Shown here one piece after another: positions 21,436 through 29,905 of a stretch of 64,000 nt of DNA (its first letter is position 1; every line of letters begins with the position of its first letter). Under the pieces are notes generated by a model. It saw only the letters and a program-made list of their open reading frames with translations. It had not been told where the DNA came from and searched no databases. Where the stretch lies: positions 13,536 to 77,535 of IMG/VR virus record IMGVR_UViG_2841778323_000002; one strand, given 5' to 3'. The position numbers and the translations under genes were made by a program. The stretch comes from a virus (taxonomy: Duplodnaviria > Caudoviricetes).

Positions 21436-21687
21436 ATGGAAACAATAATTAAATTTGTACCTGAGCAGTTACTGATATTAGTAGCTGCTCTTTATGTTGT
21501 AGGAATGTTTTTAAAGAAAACACCAAAAGTAAAAGATTGGAGTATACCTTGGATTTTATTAGTTTTAGGTATTGGTTTTAGTATATCTATAATGGGATTG
21601 AATTCTACAAGTATTTTACAAGGTATAATTTGTAGCTTTGGGGCAATAGCAACAAACCAGATTGTAAAACAAACAATTAATAAGTAA
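21436..21687 (+). CDS. Holin
   Basis: Three TM segments; KDW.IP and NQIVKQ motifs. Confidence 0.85.
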   Translation: METIIKFVPEQLLILVAALYVVGMFLKKTPKVKDWSIPWILLVLGIGFSISIMGLNSTSILQGIICSFGAIATNQIVKQTINK

Positions 21688-21793
21688 TAAAATTTTTGTA
21701 ATCAAAAATAGTGTATACTAGGTTTTATTATAAAAAATAAGATATTTAAATAGCTATTTATATATAAAAAATAAATGTTAGGAGGAATTAATT

Positions 21794-22735
21794 ATGAAAA
21801 AAAATATGACAGATCCAGGACATGGAGGATATGATTCAGGGGCACCAGGAGTTCATGGATGTTTAGAGAAAGACATAGTTTTAGATGTGGCTAATAGGGT
21901 TGCTGAATATTTAAAAAATCAAAATATAGAGAATATAAATACTAGAACTACGGATGTATTTGTTACTTTAAATGATAGAACTAATGAAGCTAATAAATTA
22001 GGGGTAAACTCATTTGTATCAATACACTGTAATAGTTCTGAAAATCCTAATGCACAAGGGTTAGAAACTTATTGCTATAAGTTCAAATATAGAGATTTAG
22101 CTGATGTTGTGCACTCTGAATTAATAAAAGCAGGGCTTTACACTAAAGATAGAGGTGTAAAAGAAGGAAATTTACATGTAGTAAGAGAATCTAACATGCC
22201 TGCTTGTTTGGTTGAATTAGGATTTATAACTAATGAAGAGGACTATAATTTAATAATGAACAATAAAGATGGATTTGCTAAAGCAATAGCTAAAGGAATA
22301 TGTAAGTTCAATGGAGTTACTTGGAATGAATCCTCTGACATATTACCAAATAAAAATATTGATGTTACTTATCAAGTATATACAAATGGAAGATGGCTTC
22401 CTAATGTAACTAAAGCAAATGATTTTGCAGGAATTTTTGGAAGCCCTATACAAGCTATATATGCTAACTTAAATCAAGGAAGTATAAGCTATAGAGTCCA
22501 TACAGTAAATGGAACTTGGTTACCTTGGGTAAAAGATAGAAGTGATTATGCAGGTATATATGGTAAAAATATAGATGGGTTACAAATGCAATTAATAGGA
22601 TTAGATAACTATAGTGTTGAATATAGCGTATATGTAGAGGGTAGATGGCTTCCTTGGGTTATAGATTTAAATGACTATGCAGGTATATACGGTAAAGCTA
22701 TAGAAGCAATACAAGTACAAGTTATAAGAAAATAA
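21794..22735 (+). CDS. Endolysin: Amidase_3 domain plus Trp-rich (ChW-like) cell-wall-binding repeats
   Basis: DPGHGG, SIHCNS and LVELGF motifs; three WLP.V...D(Y/F)AGI repeats. Confidence 0.92.
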   Translation: MKKNMTDPGHGGYDSGAPGVHGCLEKDIVLDVANRVAEYLKNQNIENINTRTTDVFVTLNDRTNEANKLGVNSFVSIHCNSSENPNAQGLETYCYKFKYRDLADVVHSELIKAGLYTKDRGVKEGNLHVVRESNMPACLVELGFITNEEDYNLIMNNKDGFAKAIAKGICKFNGVTWNESSDILPNKNIDVTYQVYTNGRWLPNVTKANDFAGIFGSPIQAIYANLNQGSISYRVHTVNGTWLPWVKDRSDYAGIYGKNIDGLQMQLIGLDNYSVEYSVYVEGRWLPWVIDLNDYAGIYGKAIEAIQVQVIRK

Positions 22736-22742
22736 ATAGATA

Positions 22743-22782
22743 AAAAGAGTACCAAATAAAAAACTTATTTGGTACTCTTTTT
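22743..22782. terminator. Bidirectional terminator
   Basis: AAAAGAGTACCAAATAA...TTATTTGGTACTCTTTT between convergent genes. Confidence 0.85.
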
Positions 22783-23336
22783 TAATCTAAATCAGCACCA
22801 ATATTTGGTCCTGGGGTTGATGGTTCTGTTCCTGGAACATTGCTTATGTCCCCAGCATATCCATCATCTGCTAAGGAACCTCCATAACTATATGAACTTT
22901 GAGGATTATCACAAGGGATGTTTTTTTCTTGAGTAATTTTCTTTTCTAATGATGTTTCATCATTTTTTTGAATGTTTTTATAATCTGATTGATTTATATC
23001 TTTTTCTATATTTTTACTTTCTATAACTTTATGTTTTACTTCAGCTTGTGGTGTTTCTACAGGTTTTTTATTTTTAGAAGTTTCTGTTTTGATTTCTTCA
23101 GAATCCGTATTCTTACTATTTTCTGTTGCCTTTTCAACAACATCTTTATCTTTTTCTATTTTTTTAGAATCGTCTTTATTATCTTCTTTTTTATTCTTTT
23201 CTTCTTTTATTACTTTTTCCTGTTTAGTTTTTTCATTTTTATGTACATCTTTATTTGATGTATTCATATTACTTACAAAAAATCCAGAGCCTAAAATGAC
23301 AATACTACTTAATATACCGATTAACCCTTTTTTCAT
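22782..23336 (-). CDS. Exported/membrane-anchored low-complexity moron protein
   Basis: N-terminal signal/TM, K/E-rich linker, G/P-rich C-terminus. Confidence 0.7.
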   Translation of the reverse strand: MKKGLIGILSSIVILGSGFFVSNMNTSNKDVHKNEKTKQEKVIKEEKNKKEDNKDDSKKIEKDKDVVEKATENSKNTDSEEIKTETSKNKKPVETPQAEVKHKVIESKNIEKDINQSDYKNIQKNDETSLEKKITQEKNIPCDNPQSSYSYGGSLADDGYAGDISNVPGTEPSTPGPNIGADLD

Positions 23337-23770
23337 AATATCCCTCCTATATAATTCTATATTTATAATAACATAAATTTTTATTACAAAAAATGGAAAA
23401 TATATAAATAAATTACAATTTATCTTATTTGGTATAACTTCATAGCTAATTTAATCTAGGGCTACTTTAAGTCTTAATGTAAAAAACTATATATATTTAG
23501 TGAGGTACTGGGTATTGATATAAATTCATTAATTGAAGAAAGAAATAAATTAAAAATAAGTAAAATTGATTTGAACTTATAACTTGAACTTTAGTAATAT
23601 ATTTATATATATCAAATTCATTAAATATTCATGTAAGAACAAATAAAGGCATTGTTAAGTAGAAAGCACAGTTTTAAACTGTGACTTTTAGATGATTAAA
23701 AAAAGTAGATAGTTAATGGCTACTTTTTTAGTTATTTGCATATTAAAAATGTTAATAACCATATGGATAA

Positions 23771-23941
23771 GTATTAAATATTAGATATGCTAGAAGTACA
23801 GATTATAAAGTTATAGGATAAGTTAAATATGGAGATATAGTGAATTTACAATATTGTCTAAATAGATGGGTAAGCATAGAAGTATTTAAAGGAAAGAAAG
23901 GACTTGGGTATGTTAAGTCTGAGTTTTTAGAATTAATATAA
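23771..23941 (+). pseudogene. Decayed SH3b domain (endolysin C-terminus remnant)
   Basis: VLNIRYARSTDYKVIG*VKYGDIV...W..I...GLGYVKSEFL with an internal TAA at 23819; no start. Confidence 0.7.
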
Positions 23942-23951
23942 TGTGTTTAAT

Positions 23952-23981
23952 AAAAAGAGCATCTTAACTAGATGCTCTTTT
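23952..23981. terminator. Bidirectional terminator
   Basis: AAAAGAGCATCT-TAACT-AGATGCTCTTTT. Confidence 0.8.
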
Positions 23982-23985
23982 GGGT

Positions 23986-24582
23986 TTAATTAGTACTAGT
24001 ATATGAGTCTAATATTTCCATAAGCTCTTTGTTTTCTTTTTCTAACTTGTCGAGCTCTTCATCTCTGTAAGAGCAACATGTTTCTGGAGGTTTAAATATT
24101 TTTAATCCACCATGTCTATCCATAGGATAGAGGTTATGATGTCTATCTAGCCATACAATATAGAAAGTATTTCCTATTAAAAAACCATGAATACCACCTT
24201 TACTTTTACCTATACGTATCTGTCTACAATCGACTTGATCTAAAAAATCATCATCGAAGTTGAATTTATAATCAAGTTGATCCCAATCGTGAGGATGGCA
24301 TCTATAAGTTCCTTTCGTTAATGTTAAATCATTTCTAGTATAATTAGACACATTAGATAACATTTGAAACAGTTCAGGATACCATTTTTCACAAACTCCA
24401 CCTAAGTTGAAAGGTTCTGTTTTTAAATCTAAAAATCTAAAAGAAAACATTATCTTTTCTTTATTTCTATCTCTTAGGATTTGCATAGTTTCTTGATCTA
24501 TAGGAAAGTTTTTCTTTTTATCGGGTATATTAATCTTAGTAAATGTCTGTTTACCAAATTTGTTAGTTTTCTTCGGGTGCAT
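23986..24582 (-). CDS. Putative RelE-like RNase toxin paired with Panacea antitoxin
   Basis: FSFRFLD...IRI...IHGFL.GNTFYIVWLD.HH.LY motif; overlaps the antitoxin 3' end. Confidence 0.6.
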   Translation of the reverse strand: MHPKKTNKFGKQTFTKINIPDKKKNFPIDQETMQILRDRNKEKIMFSFRFLDLKTEPFNLGGVCEKWYPELFQMLSNVSNYTRNDLTLTKGTYRCHPHDWDQLDYKFNFDDDFLDQVDCRQIRIGKSKGGIHGFLIGNTFYIVWLDRHHNLYPMDRHGGLKIFKPPETCCSYRDEELDKLEKENKELMEILDSYTSTN

Positions 24583-25054
24583 ATATACTCCAATAATATT
24601 TTTTCATAAGTTCAGGGTCTATTTCCACATTGCATGGTTCCCACTCTTCATATCCAAGTCTAGCTTTAATCCAAGGATCTTCTGAATGAGTTAAAATTTC
24701 TAATTCATCACCATTAAAACCACCATAAGTATTAAATACAGTTTCTAAATGATCTATTATATCCTCATTTAATCCAGGAATATTTTTTATATTTAATGGT
24801 ATAAGATTTGCTCTAAAGTTTTTATATTTTGAATATAAGTCTCTAGACACTGGACCATGAACCCAAGCCTCGAAAGAAGAATTGATAAGAGGCTCTTTGT
24901 GTAGGGCTAAGTACCAAGCTTGAGCATAGTAACAAAGTTTTTGAAGTTTTTTATTTGTCATAGGCTCTTTGCTTAAGAAGTAATTAGCTATATCAAATAC
25001 ACTAAACATTTCTTTTTCCCCCTTGTTGTTAAATAAGTATGTAACCTTACCCAT
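24563..25054 (-). CDS. Panacea (DUF4065/SocA/GepA-like) antitoxin
   Basis: KLQKLCYYAQ, FEAWVHGPV and LTHSEDPW motifs. Confidence 0.85.
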   Translation of the reverse strand: MGKVTYLFNNKGEKEMFSVFDIANYFLSKEPMTNKKLQKLCYYAQAWYLALHKEPLINSSFEAWVHGPVSRDLYSKYKNFRANLIPLNIKNIPGLNEDIIDHLETVFNTYGGFNGDELEILTHSEDPWIKARLGYEEWEPCNVEIDPELMKKYYWSIYAPEEN

Positions 25055-25349
25055 TATATCACCTCTTATTCGATATTGGAATATAAATTCCCTTTTTTTA
25101 GAAATAATATTTGTAATTATTTCCTAAATATTATTTTATATTCATATTTATATGTAAATAGAATTATTAAATTTATACCTAGAACAAAAACAAACAAAAC
25201 ACTTATAAAGTTACTATTTTGATATAAATTTTGGTATTTTAGAGTTGATATAATCGGGTATAATATACATCTAATAAACCATAGTTGATAAAACTATTAA
25301 TTAGAAAAGGGATACTAGTGTCAACTAATACACCTTTTTATTACTTACT

Positions 25350-25538
25350 TTATTCCTTTTTTTTCCCATATTCTCTAATCATTGCACTTTCTTTTACAAC
25401 CCAGTCCCTACCAAATTTTTTACAATCTTCATCAGCTATTAATTTTCCAGTTTCAACTGCCTTTCTTAGTGTAGAATCTTTTAGTTCCCATAATTTAGTT
25501 GCCTCTGAAAATGAATATAATCCTTTAAAGCTACACAT
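25350..25538 (-). CDS. Small winged-HTH (excisionase-like) DNA-binding protein
   Basis: SFSEATKLW...STLRKA...KKFGRDWVV; RBS GGAGG. Confidence 0.75.
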   Translation of the reverse strand: MCSFKGLYSFSEATKLWELKDSTLRKAVETGKLIADEDCKKFGRDWVVKESAMIREYGKKKE

Positions 25539-25550
25539 AACTTTTACCTC

Positions 25551-25667
25551 CTATGAAAATAAATATTTTAATGCTAATACTACAAGAGCTATAGCTCCGA
25601 TGAATTTAATTAAAGCTAAAGTTAAATTAATTACACTTTTTACTAATTCTTTTTTATTATTTTTCAT
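25551..25667 (-). CDS. 38-aa hydrophobic peptide
   Basis: MKNNKKELVKSVINLTLALIKFIGAIALVVLALKYLFS*; its stop overlaps the RBS of the HTH gene. Confidence 0.6.
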   Translation of the reverse strand: MKNNKKELVKSVINLTLALIKFIGAIALVVLALKYLFS

Positions 25668-25734
25668 TGTAATTAAAATGGTCATATATTATTATAAAAG
25701 TAAGGGTGGTGGTAGGAACACCACCCTTAAGGAT

Positions 25735-25845
25735 TTATAGGCTTTCTAGTATCATTTTGATTACTGCTACTAGAGTTCCTATTTCAAGTGCGAGTTCCGT
25801 AAGTGTTTTAACCACTTCCGTGAACTCTTTTATTTTTTTGACCAT
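25735..25845 (-). CDS. 36-aa amphipathic peptide
   Basis: Strong RBS AAAGGAGG; MVKKIKEFTEVVKTLTELALEIGTLVAVIKMILESL*. Confidence 0.7.
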   Translation of the reverse strand: MVKKIKEFTEVVKTLTELALEIGTLVAVIKMILESL

Positions 25846-25870
25846 TTCTTTACCTCCTTTCTATATTTAT

Positions 25871-25899
25871 ATCATATCACGTATACGTGACACGAACAA
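25871..25899 (-). promoter_or_regulatory. SigA-like promoter with palindromic operator in the spacer
   Basis: TTGTTC-17-TATGAT on the minus strand; perfect palindrome TCACGTATACGTGA at 25877-25890. Confidence 0.65.
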
Positions 25900-26397
25900 T
25901 GCTTTTTAAAAACTTTTCCTTAATTTTTCCAAAAAAATATACTCCTTTGGGAGCATACTATTAACACATGTAAAATTATTAATAACTTTTAAAAATCTGT
26001 TGATAAGTTATGTAATTTATGGTGATAACTTTTAGGTATTGTCAAATGACTGATATAAATTATATATAATGCTTAAAACCATTAAAAATAAAGGGTTTTG
26101 TAAGCATAGGCATGAAATACATAGTTTTATGTTTAAAAAAATTATTTAAATAGTTAGATATAGTCATATGTCACAATTTTAAAGTTATGATAATGTACAC
26201 AAATAATAAAAACACCTAGCTTAAAAACTAAGTGTTTTAATATTAAGATTACGTATTACATAAAATTATGAAATAACTAATCCTATTTTGTATAATTAAA
26301 TCTCCGTTTATTAATTTTGTCAGTAGCAATTATATTTTAAAGTTTGAGTAGAAGTATTTTTATATTTTTTATTAAATCTTTTAATTTGATAGACATA

Positions 26398-26853
26398 TTA
26401 ATTACAATCTTCAAGTAAAGAGCTTCTTAAAAAGTAAAGAACTTTTGAGTAATAAGAAACTTGCTCATCAAATCCACTTATTAAGTTAGGTTCTGTATTG
26501 TCATTATCAAAAGATGCTATATCATATGCAGCTTTTCTAAGTGCTATAATATTTGATATAGCTAGGCATAAAACTTCTTTTTGAGAATAATTTCTAGAAG
26601 ATGAGATAGGAGGTATTTTTGAATTTTTTATAGCATCAGAAAGACTTCCTTTAGGAAATTCCTCTTGAAATCTTAATTGTTCAGCAGTCATGTCAATATA
26701 ATTATTTAAAGCATTATAAACTTGACCCAAATACTCATGTATAGATATAAAACTAGAATCTTTTATATTCCAATGTAAAATTTGAATATTTCTCTGGGCA
26801 ACAGTTAAATCCCATAATAGCATATTTATCATAGAGTATAAATCTTTGTTCAT
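26398..26853 (-). CDS. dps: Dps/ferritin-like protein
   Basis: LHWNI...F..IHEYL...Y......D..AEQLR ferroxidase-type motif. Confidence 0.75.
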   Translation of the reverse strand: MNKDLYSMINMLLWDLTVAQRNIQILHWNIKDSSFISIHEYLGQVYNALNNYIDMTAEQLRFQEEFPKGSLSDAIKNSKIPPISSSRNYSQKEVLCLAISNIIALRKAAYDIASFDNDNTEPNLISGFDEQVSYYSKVLYFLRSSLLEDCN

Positions 26854-27004
26854 AGTTGATATCTCTCCTTTCGTTTAAAATAAAATATGTTAATTAGTAT
26901 AAAAATGTTACAAATATATAATTTAGGGTATTTTTTTAATAAATTAAGTAATATTTTATAATATTGTTTTTAATTTAATATTGATTAGATGTTAATTGTT
27001 ATGT

Positions 27005-27051
27005 TAAAACAAAAGTAAGATAGTATAAATATCTATCTTACTTTTGTTTTA
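27005..27051. terminator. 19-bp perfect hairpin, probable bidirectional terminator
   Basis: TAAAACAAAAGTAAGATAG-9nt-CTATCTTACTTTTGTTTTA. Confidence 0.7.
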
Positions 27052-27112
27052 TATAAATTAAAAAATATTAAAAAAAATGCTTACTTTGAGAAGAAATAAT
27101 GGATAAATTTAT

Positions 27113-27269
27113 TATATAAAACTAGACAAATTAATTCTAAGATTAAAACAGATTTTTATAAGAAGATAATAAGATTCAATTAAAAGTTTGAGCGTAATCT
27201 GCATCAAAAATAGCACTTAAGCAATTATTGATATCTCAAAATTTAAACTTAATTTATGTAGTTATATAT
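27113..27269 (+). ncRNA. Putative structured ncRNA, copy 1 (unassigned family)
   Basis: Homologous to 62870-63018; 5'/3' ends pair; shared AAGATTAAAACAGA and TAAAAGTTTGAGCGT.ATCTG. Confidence 0.6.
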
Positions 27270-27280
27270 ATAAATATTAA

Positions 27281-27315
27281 CTGTTATCATAAAACTGACT
27301 ATTGAATATCGGTTC
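27281..27315. other. Right attachment junction of prophage 1
   Basis: Host-like ABC SBP frame stops abruptly at ...VRTDIQ-TAG; sequence beyond it is non-coding phage-like DNA. Confidence 0.65.
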
Positions 27316-27856
27316 TAACGTTTACTTTATCGTTTTGAGTATCAGTTCCTATAGTTAGACCATTTTTTTTCATAACATACTCTAATGTCATTTCAGGAAC
27401 CCCACCTTTTCTACCACCTAAAACCTCTTTACCTTTTAAATCCTCAAAAGAAAAACTATCAGTATTTTCACGAGCAACTAAAAAGCTTCCATCTTTTTGA
27501 GTTAATTGCGCAAAATTTACTGCATAATTTGAATTCCCTTTATTATATACATAAATAGATGCTTCTGGTCCCATAAGTCCTATATCTGCTTCTCCAGAAA
27601 GAAGTGCAGCCATTGTTTTATCTGCTCCCTGAGTATTTATAAGGTCTAACTCAATGCCCTCTTCCTCAAAAAAACCTTGAGTTATAGCTGCATATTGTGG
27701 AGCATAAAATACTGAATGGGTTACCTCTGCAACAGTTAGCTTATTTAAATTTTTAGATTTAATACTTTGAGATTTAGGAGTACATCCAATGAGAAGTAAA
27801 GATAGGCTAGTAATTAAAGTTATTAATATTATTAATTTTTTTAGCAAAAAAATCAC
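27299..27856 (-). pseudogene. ytlA: 5' fragment of ABC transporter substrate-binding lipoprotein (NitT/TauT, YtlA-like), interrupted by prophage 1
   Basis: Lipobox LIGC; VAEVTHSVFYAPQY, GADKTM, NFAQLTQKDGSFLV and GGRKGGVP motifs; only 185 aa, whereas such proteins are ~330-340 aa. Confidence 0.8.
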
Positions 27857-28027
27857 CCCTTAAAATTAAAGATAATGTATATTATTAAAAAATAAATTGA
27901 TTGGTGATAAAACCATTTTAGATATTTGTAAAAATACTATAGTTGTCAGGAAAATGTTTGCTTTGTGTTGATTTTGGGTATAAAAAATATAAAATAAAAT
28001 TTAATATAACTTTAGGGAGGGGAAATT

Positions 28028-28840
28028 ATGAATTACAAATATCTTATATCCAATAAAAGGTCAGTAAGGAAATTTAAAAATCAAGAAATAAAAAAATCAG
28101 ATTTCAGAATAATAGAAGAATATATAAATATGTCTAAAAAACTTGTACCAGAAATAAGTACTGAAGTTAAAGTTTTTAATAAAGATAAATTATATCCAAA
28201 ACTTGATAAAATAGCAGGATATAATGGACATATGATAGAAGCACCAAACTATGTAATCATTTTATCTGATACAGATAAAGGATACATAGAAAATTCAGGA
28301 TATATAGGAGAAAACTTAACTCTAAAGGCCATGGACTTAGGAATCGACTCATGTTGGGTTACCTTTAAAGAGAGTTCGCTTATAAAAGAAAAGCTTGAAA
28401 TTTTATCAGATAAGGAAGTTACAGCAATTATTGCACTAGGTTATGGAGATACTGTAAAAACTAAATCAGCTACTGGTGATTCATCTAGATTAGGTGTAGA
28501 AAAGATCGTTTATCTAGATAAATGGGGAGAAAATGCAACCATAGAATTATTAGAAGAAAGAGGATTATTAGATGCATTTAGTTTTGCTAGAATGGCACCA
28601 TCTACATTAAATAGACAACCTTGGAGATTTATAATTGATGGAGGCAAAGTGATTCTTGCAGTAAGAAAAGATGAATTTGCAAGTGAGTATGAAGGTAAAG
28701 TTGATGTAGGGATAGTTATGCTATACTTTTCATTAATAATTGATACGACTATGTTTGATTTAAAATGGACTTTAGAAAACGGTAATAGAAATTATGACGT
28801 ACCAACAGATTATGAAATAATAGGATATTGTAATATATAA
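28028..28840 (+). CDS. Nitroreductase family protein (host)
   Basis: RSVRKF, LGIDSCWV and APSTLNRQPWRF motifs. Confidence 0.88.
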   Translation: MNYKYLISNKRSVRKFKNQEIKKSDFRIIEEYINMSKKLVPEISTEVKVFNKDKLYPKLDKIAGYNGHMIEAPNYVIILSDTDKGYIENSGYIGENLTLKAMDLGIDSCWVTFKESSLIKEKLEILSDKEVTAIIALGYGDTVKTKSATGDSSRLGVEKIVYLDKWGENATIELLEERGLLDAFSFARMAPSTLNRQPWRFIIDGGKVILAVRKDEFASEYEGKVDVGIVMLYFSLIIDTTMFDLKWTLENGNRNYDVPTDYEIIGYCNI

Positions 28841-28842
28841 AA

Positions 28843-28890
28843 AATAACTGAGTTCAAGCCTGTTTATAACAAACTTGAACTCAGTTATTT
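28843..28890. terminator. Bidirectional terminator
   Basis: AAATAACTGAGTTCAAG...CTTGAACTCAGTTATTT. Confidence 0.88.
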
Positions 28891-28907
28891 TGTTTTTATA
28901 TTAAATT

Positions 28908-29711
28908 TTATCTTTTACTTTTATAAATTTTTTCTGCTATATTTAAAACTTGATACATAATTAAAGCACAAAGGGCTAATACTATTACTCCCATCATTAC
29001 TAAATCTAATTTGAAAACTTGGCCACCATAAACTATTAAGTACCCAAGACCATATCTAGATACTAAGAATTCACCTACTATTACGCCAACCCAAGCCATA
29101 CCTATATTAATTTTAGTTAAATTTATTAAATTTCCTATGTTAGAAGGAAATATTAATTTTGTAAGAATTTGAAGTTTTGATGCTCCAAAACTTTTAAGCA
29201 TTTTGACTTTTTCCTCATCAACACTTATAAAATAATTATAGGCGGATAATATAGTAACAACAACAGATATAGTAATAGCTATAACTATTATTCCATTTAC
29301 ACCAGCTCCAGCCCAAACTATTAAAATTGGTGCTAATGCTGTTTTAGGAAGTGCATTTAGTACAACCAAAAATGGATCAAGTATTTTAGACAATCTTTCT
29401 GACCACCAAAGCATTATAGCTACTAATATTCCAAGAATTGTACCAACTGCTAATCCAACTATTGTCTCATAGCTAGATATTAATATATGCTTAAATAATT
29501 CTCCATTTTGAATATATTTTATAAAAAGATTGTAAATATCACTAGGTTTGCTAAATAGAAATACATCTATTATATTAAGTCTAGCAAGTAATTCCCAAAG
29601 AGCTATAAATCCAACCAATATAAATATTTGATAAAAAAAGATTAGATTCTTTTCTTTTTTTAGCGATTTTAAATATTGTTTATGACCTTGTGATACATTA
29701 TTTTGTTTCAC
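28908..29711 (-). CDS. ytlD: ABC transporter permease (NitT/TauT, YtlD-like)
   Basis: GTG start 29711 with RBS AAGGAG; LNALPKTALAP, EAA-like loop and GEFLVSRYGLGY motifs. Confidence 0.88.
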   Translation of the reverse strand: MKQNNVSQGHKQYLKSLKKEKNLIFFYQIFILVGFIALWELLARLNIIDVFLFSKPSDIYNLFIKYIQNGELFKHILISSYETIVGLAVGTILGILVAIMLWWSERLSKILDPFLVVLNALPKTALAPILIVWAGAGVNGIIVIAITISVVVTILSAYNYFISVDEEKVKMLKSFGASKLQILTKLIFPSNIGNLINLTKINIGMAWVGVIVGEFLVSRYGLGYLIVYGGQVFKLDLVMMGVIVLALCALIMYQVLNIAEKIYKSKR

Positions 29712-29889
29712 TAGAATCAATCTCCTTCCACAAGATATTAAAATAGTCTTTAAAATTTTCAGCACTTCTTGATATTATAGGAGTTCTAGTTTCTGATATT
29801 TTTAAATCTATATTATAGATACTTTTTATAGATGCAGGACGTTTGGATAAAACTGCGACCTTATCTGACATAGAAATAGCTTCAGATAA
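29698..29889 (-). pseudogene. ytlC: 3' fragment of ABC ATP-binding gene (YtlC-like), split by prophage 2
   Basis: Translates LSEAISMSDKVAVLSKRPASIK...YFNILWKEIDSSETK*, the segment right after the VTHD H-loop; overlaps the permease start. Confidence 0.85.
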
Positions 29890-29905
29890 ATGTATTAAAG
29901 TTCCT
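29880..29905. other. Left attachment junction of prophage 2
   Basis: ATPase homology ends at ~29890, 14 nt beyond the integrase stop codon. Confidence 0.75.

Larger units (their letters stand above)
1..27301. mobile_element. Prophage 1 (SPP1/A118-like siphovirus), late region and right accessory end; left part outside window
   Basis: Contiguous terminase-portal-head-tail-lysis gene order; ends where the host ABC substrate-binding gene is truncated (~27301). Confidence 0.92.

Noticed and set aside
25893-25905. LexA box at the micro-operon promoter
   Set aside because: GAAC-N4-CTTT mismatches the GAAC-N4-GTTY consensus
25285-25909. Plus-strand ORFs 25285-25740 and 25706-25909
   Set aside because: Shadows of three minus-strand genes that have RBS/promoter support
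25960-26200. DnaA boxes or resolvase/dif site
   Set aside because: Only degenerate matches in very AT-rich DNA, with no cognate enzyme adjacent
27113-27269. Retron msr-msd, c-di-GMP/SAM/glycine riboswitch or hammerhead ribozyme
   Set aside because: No adjacent RT or long msd hairpin; diagnostic motifs (GCAAA/GACGC, CUGAUGA...GAAA etc.) are absent on both strands
28908-29765. Permease start at 29765 as in the ORF track
   Set aside because: That region is the ATPase 3' end in another frame; the RBS supports GTG at 29711
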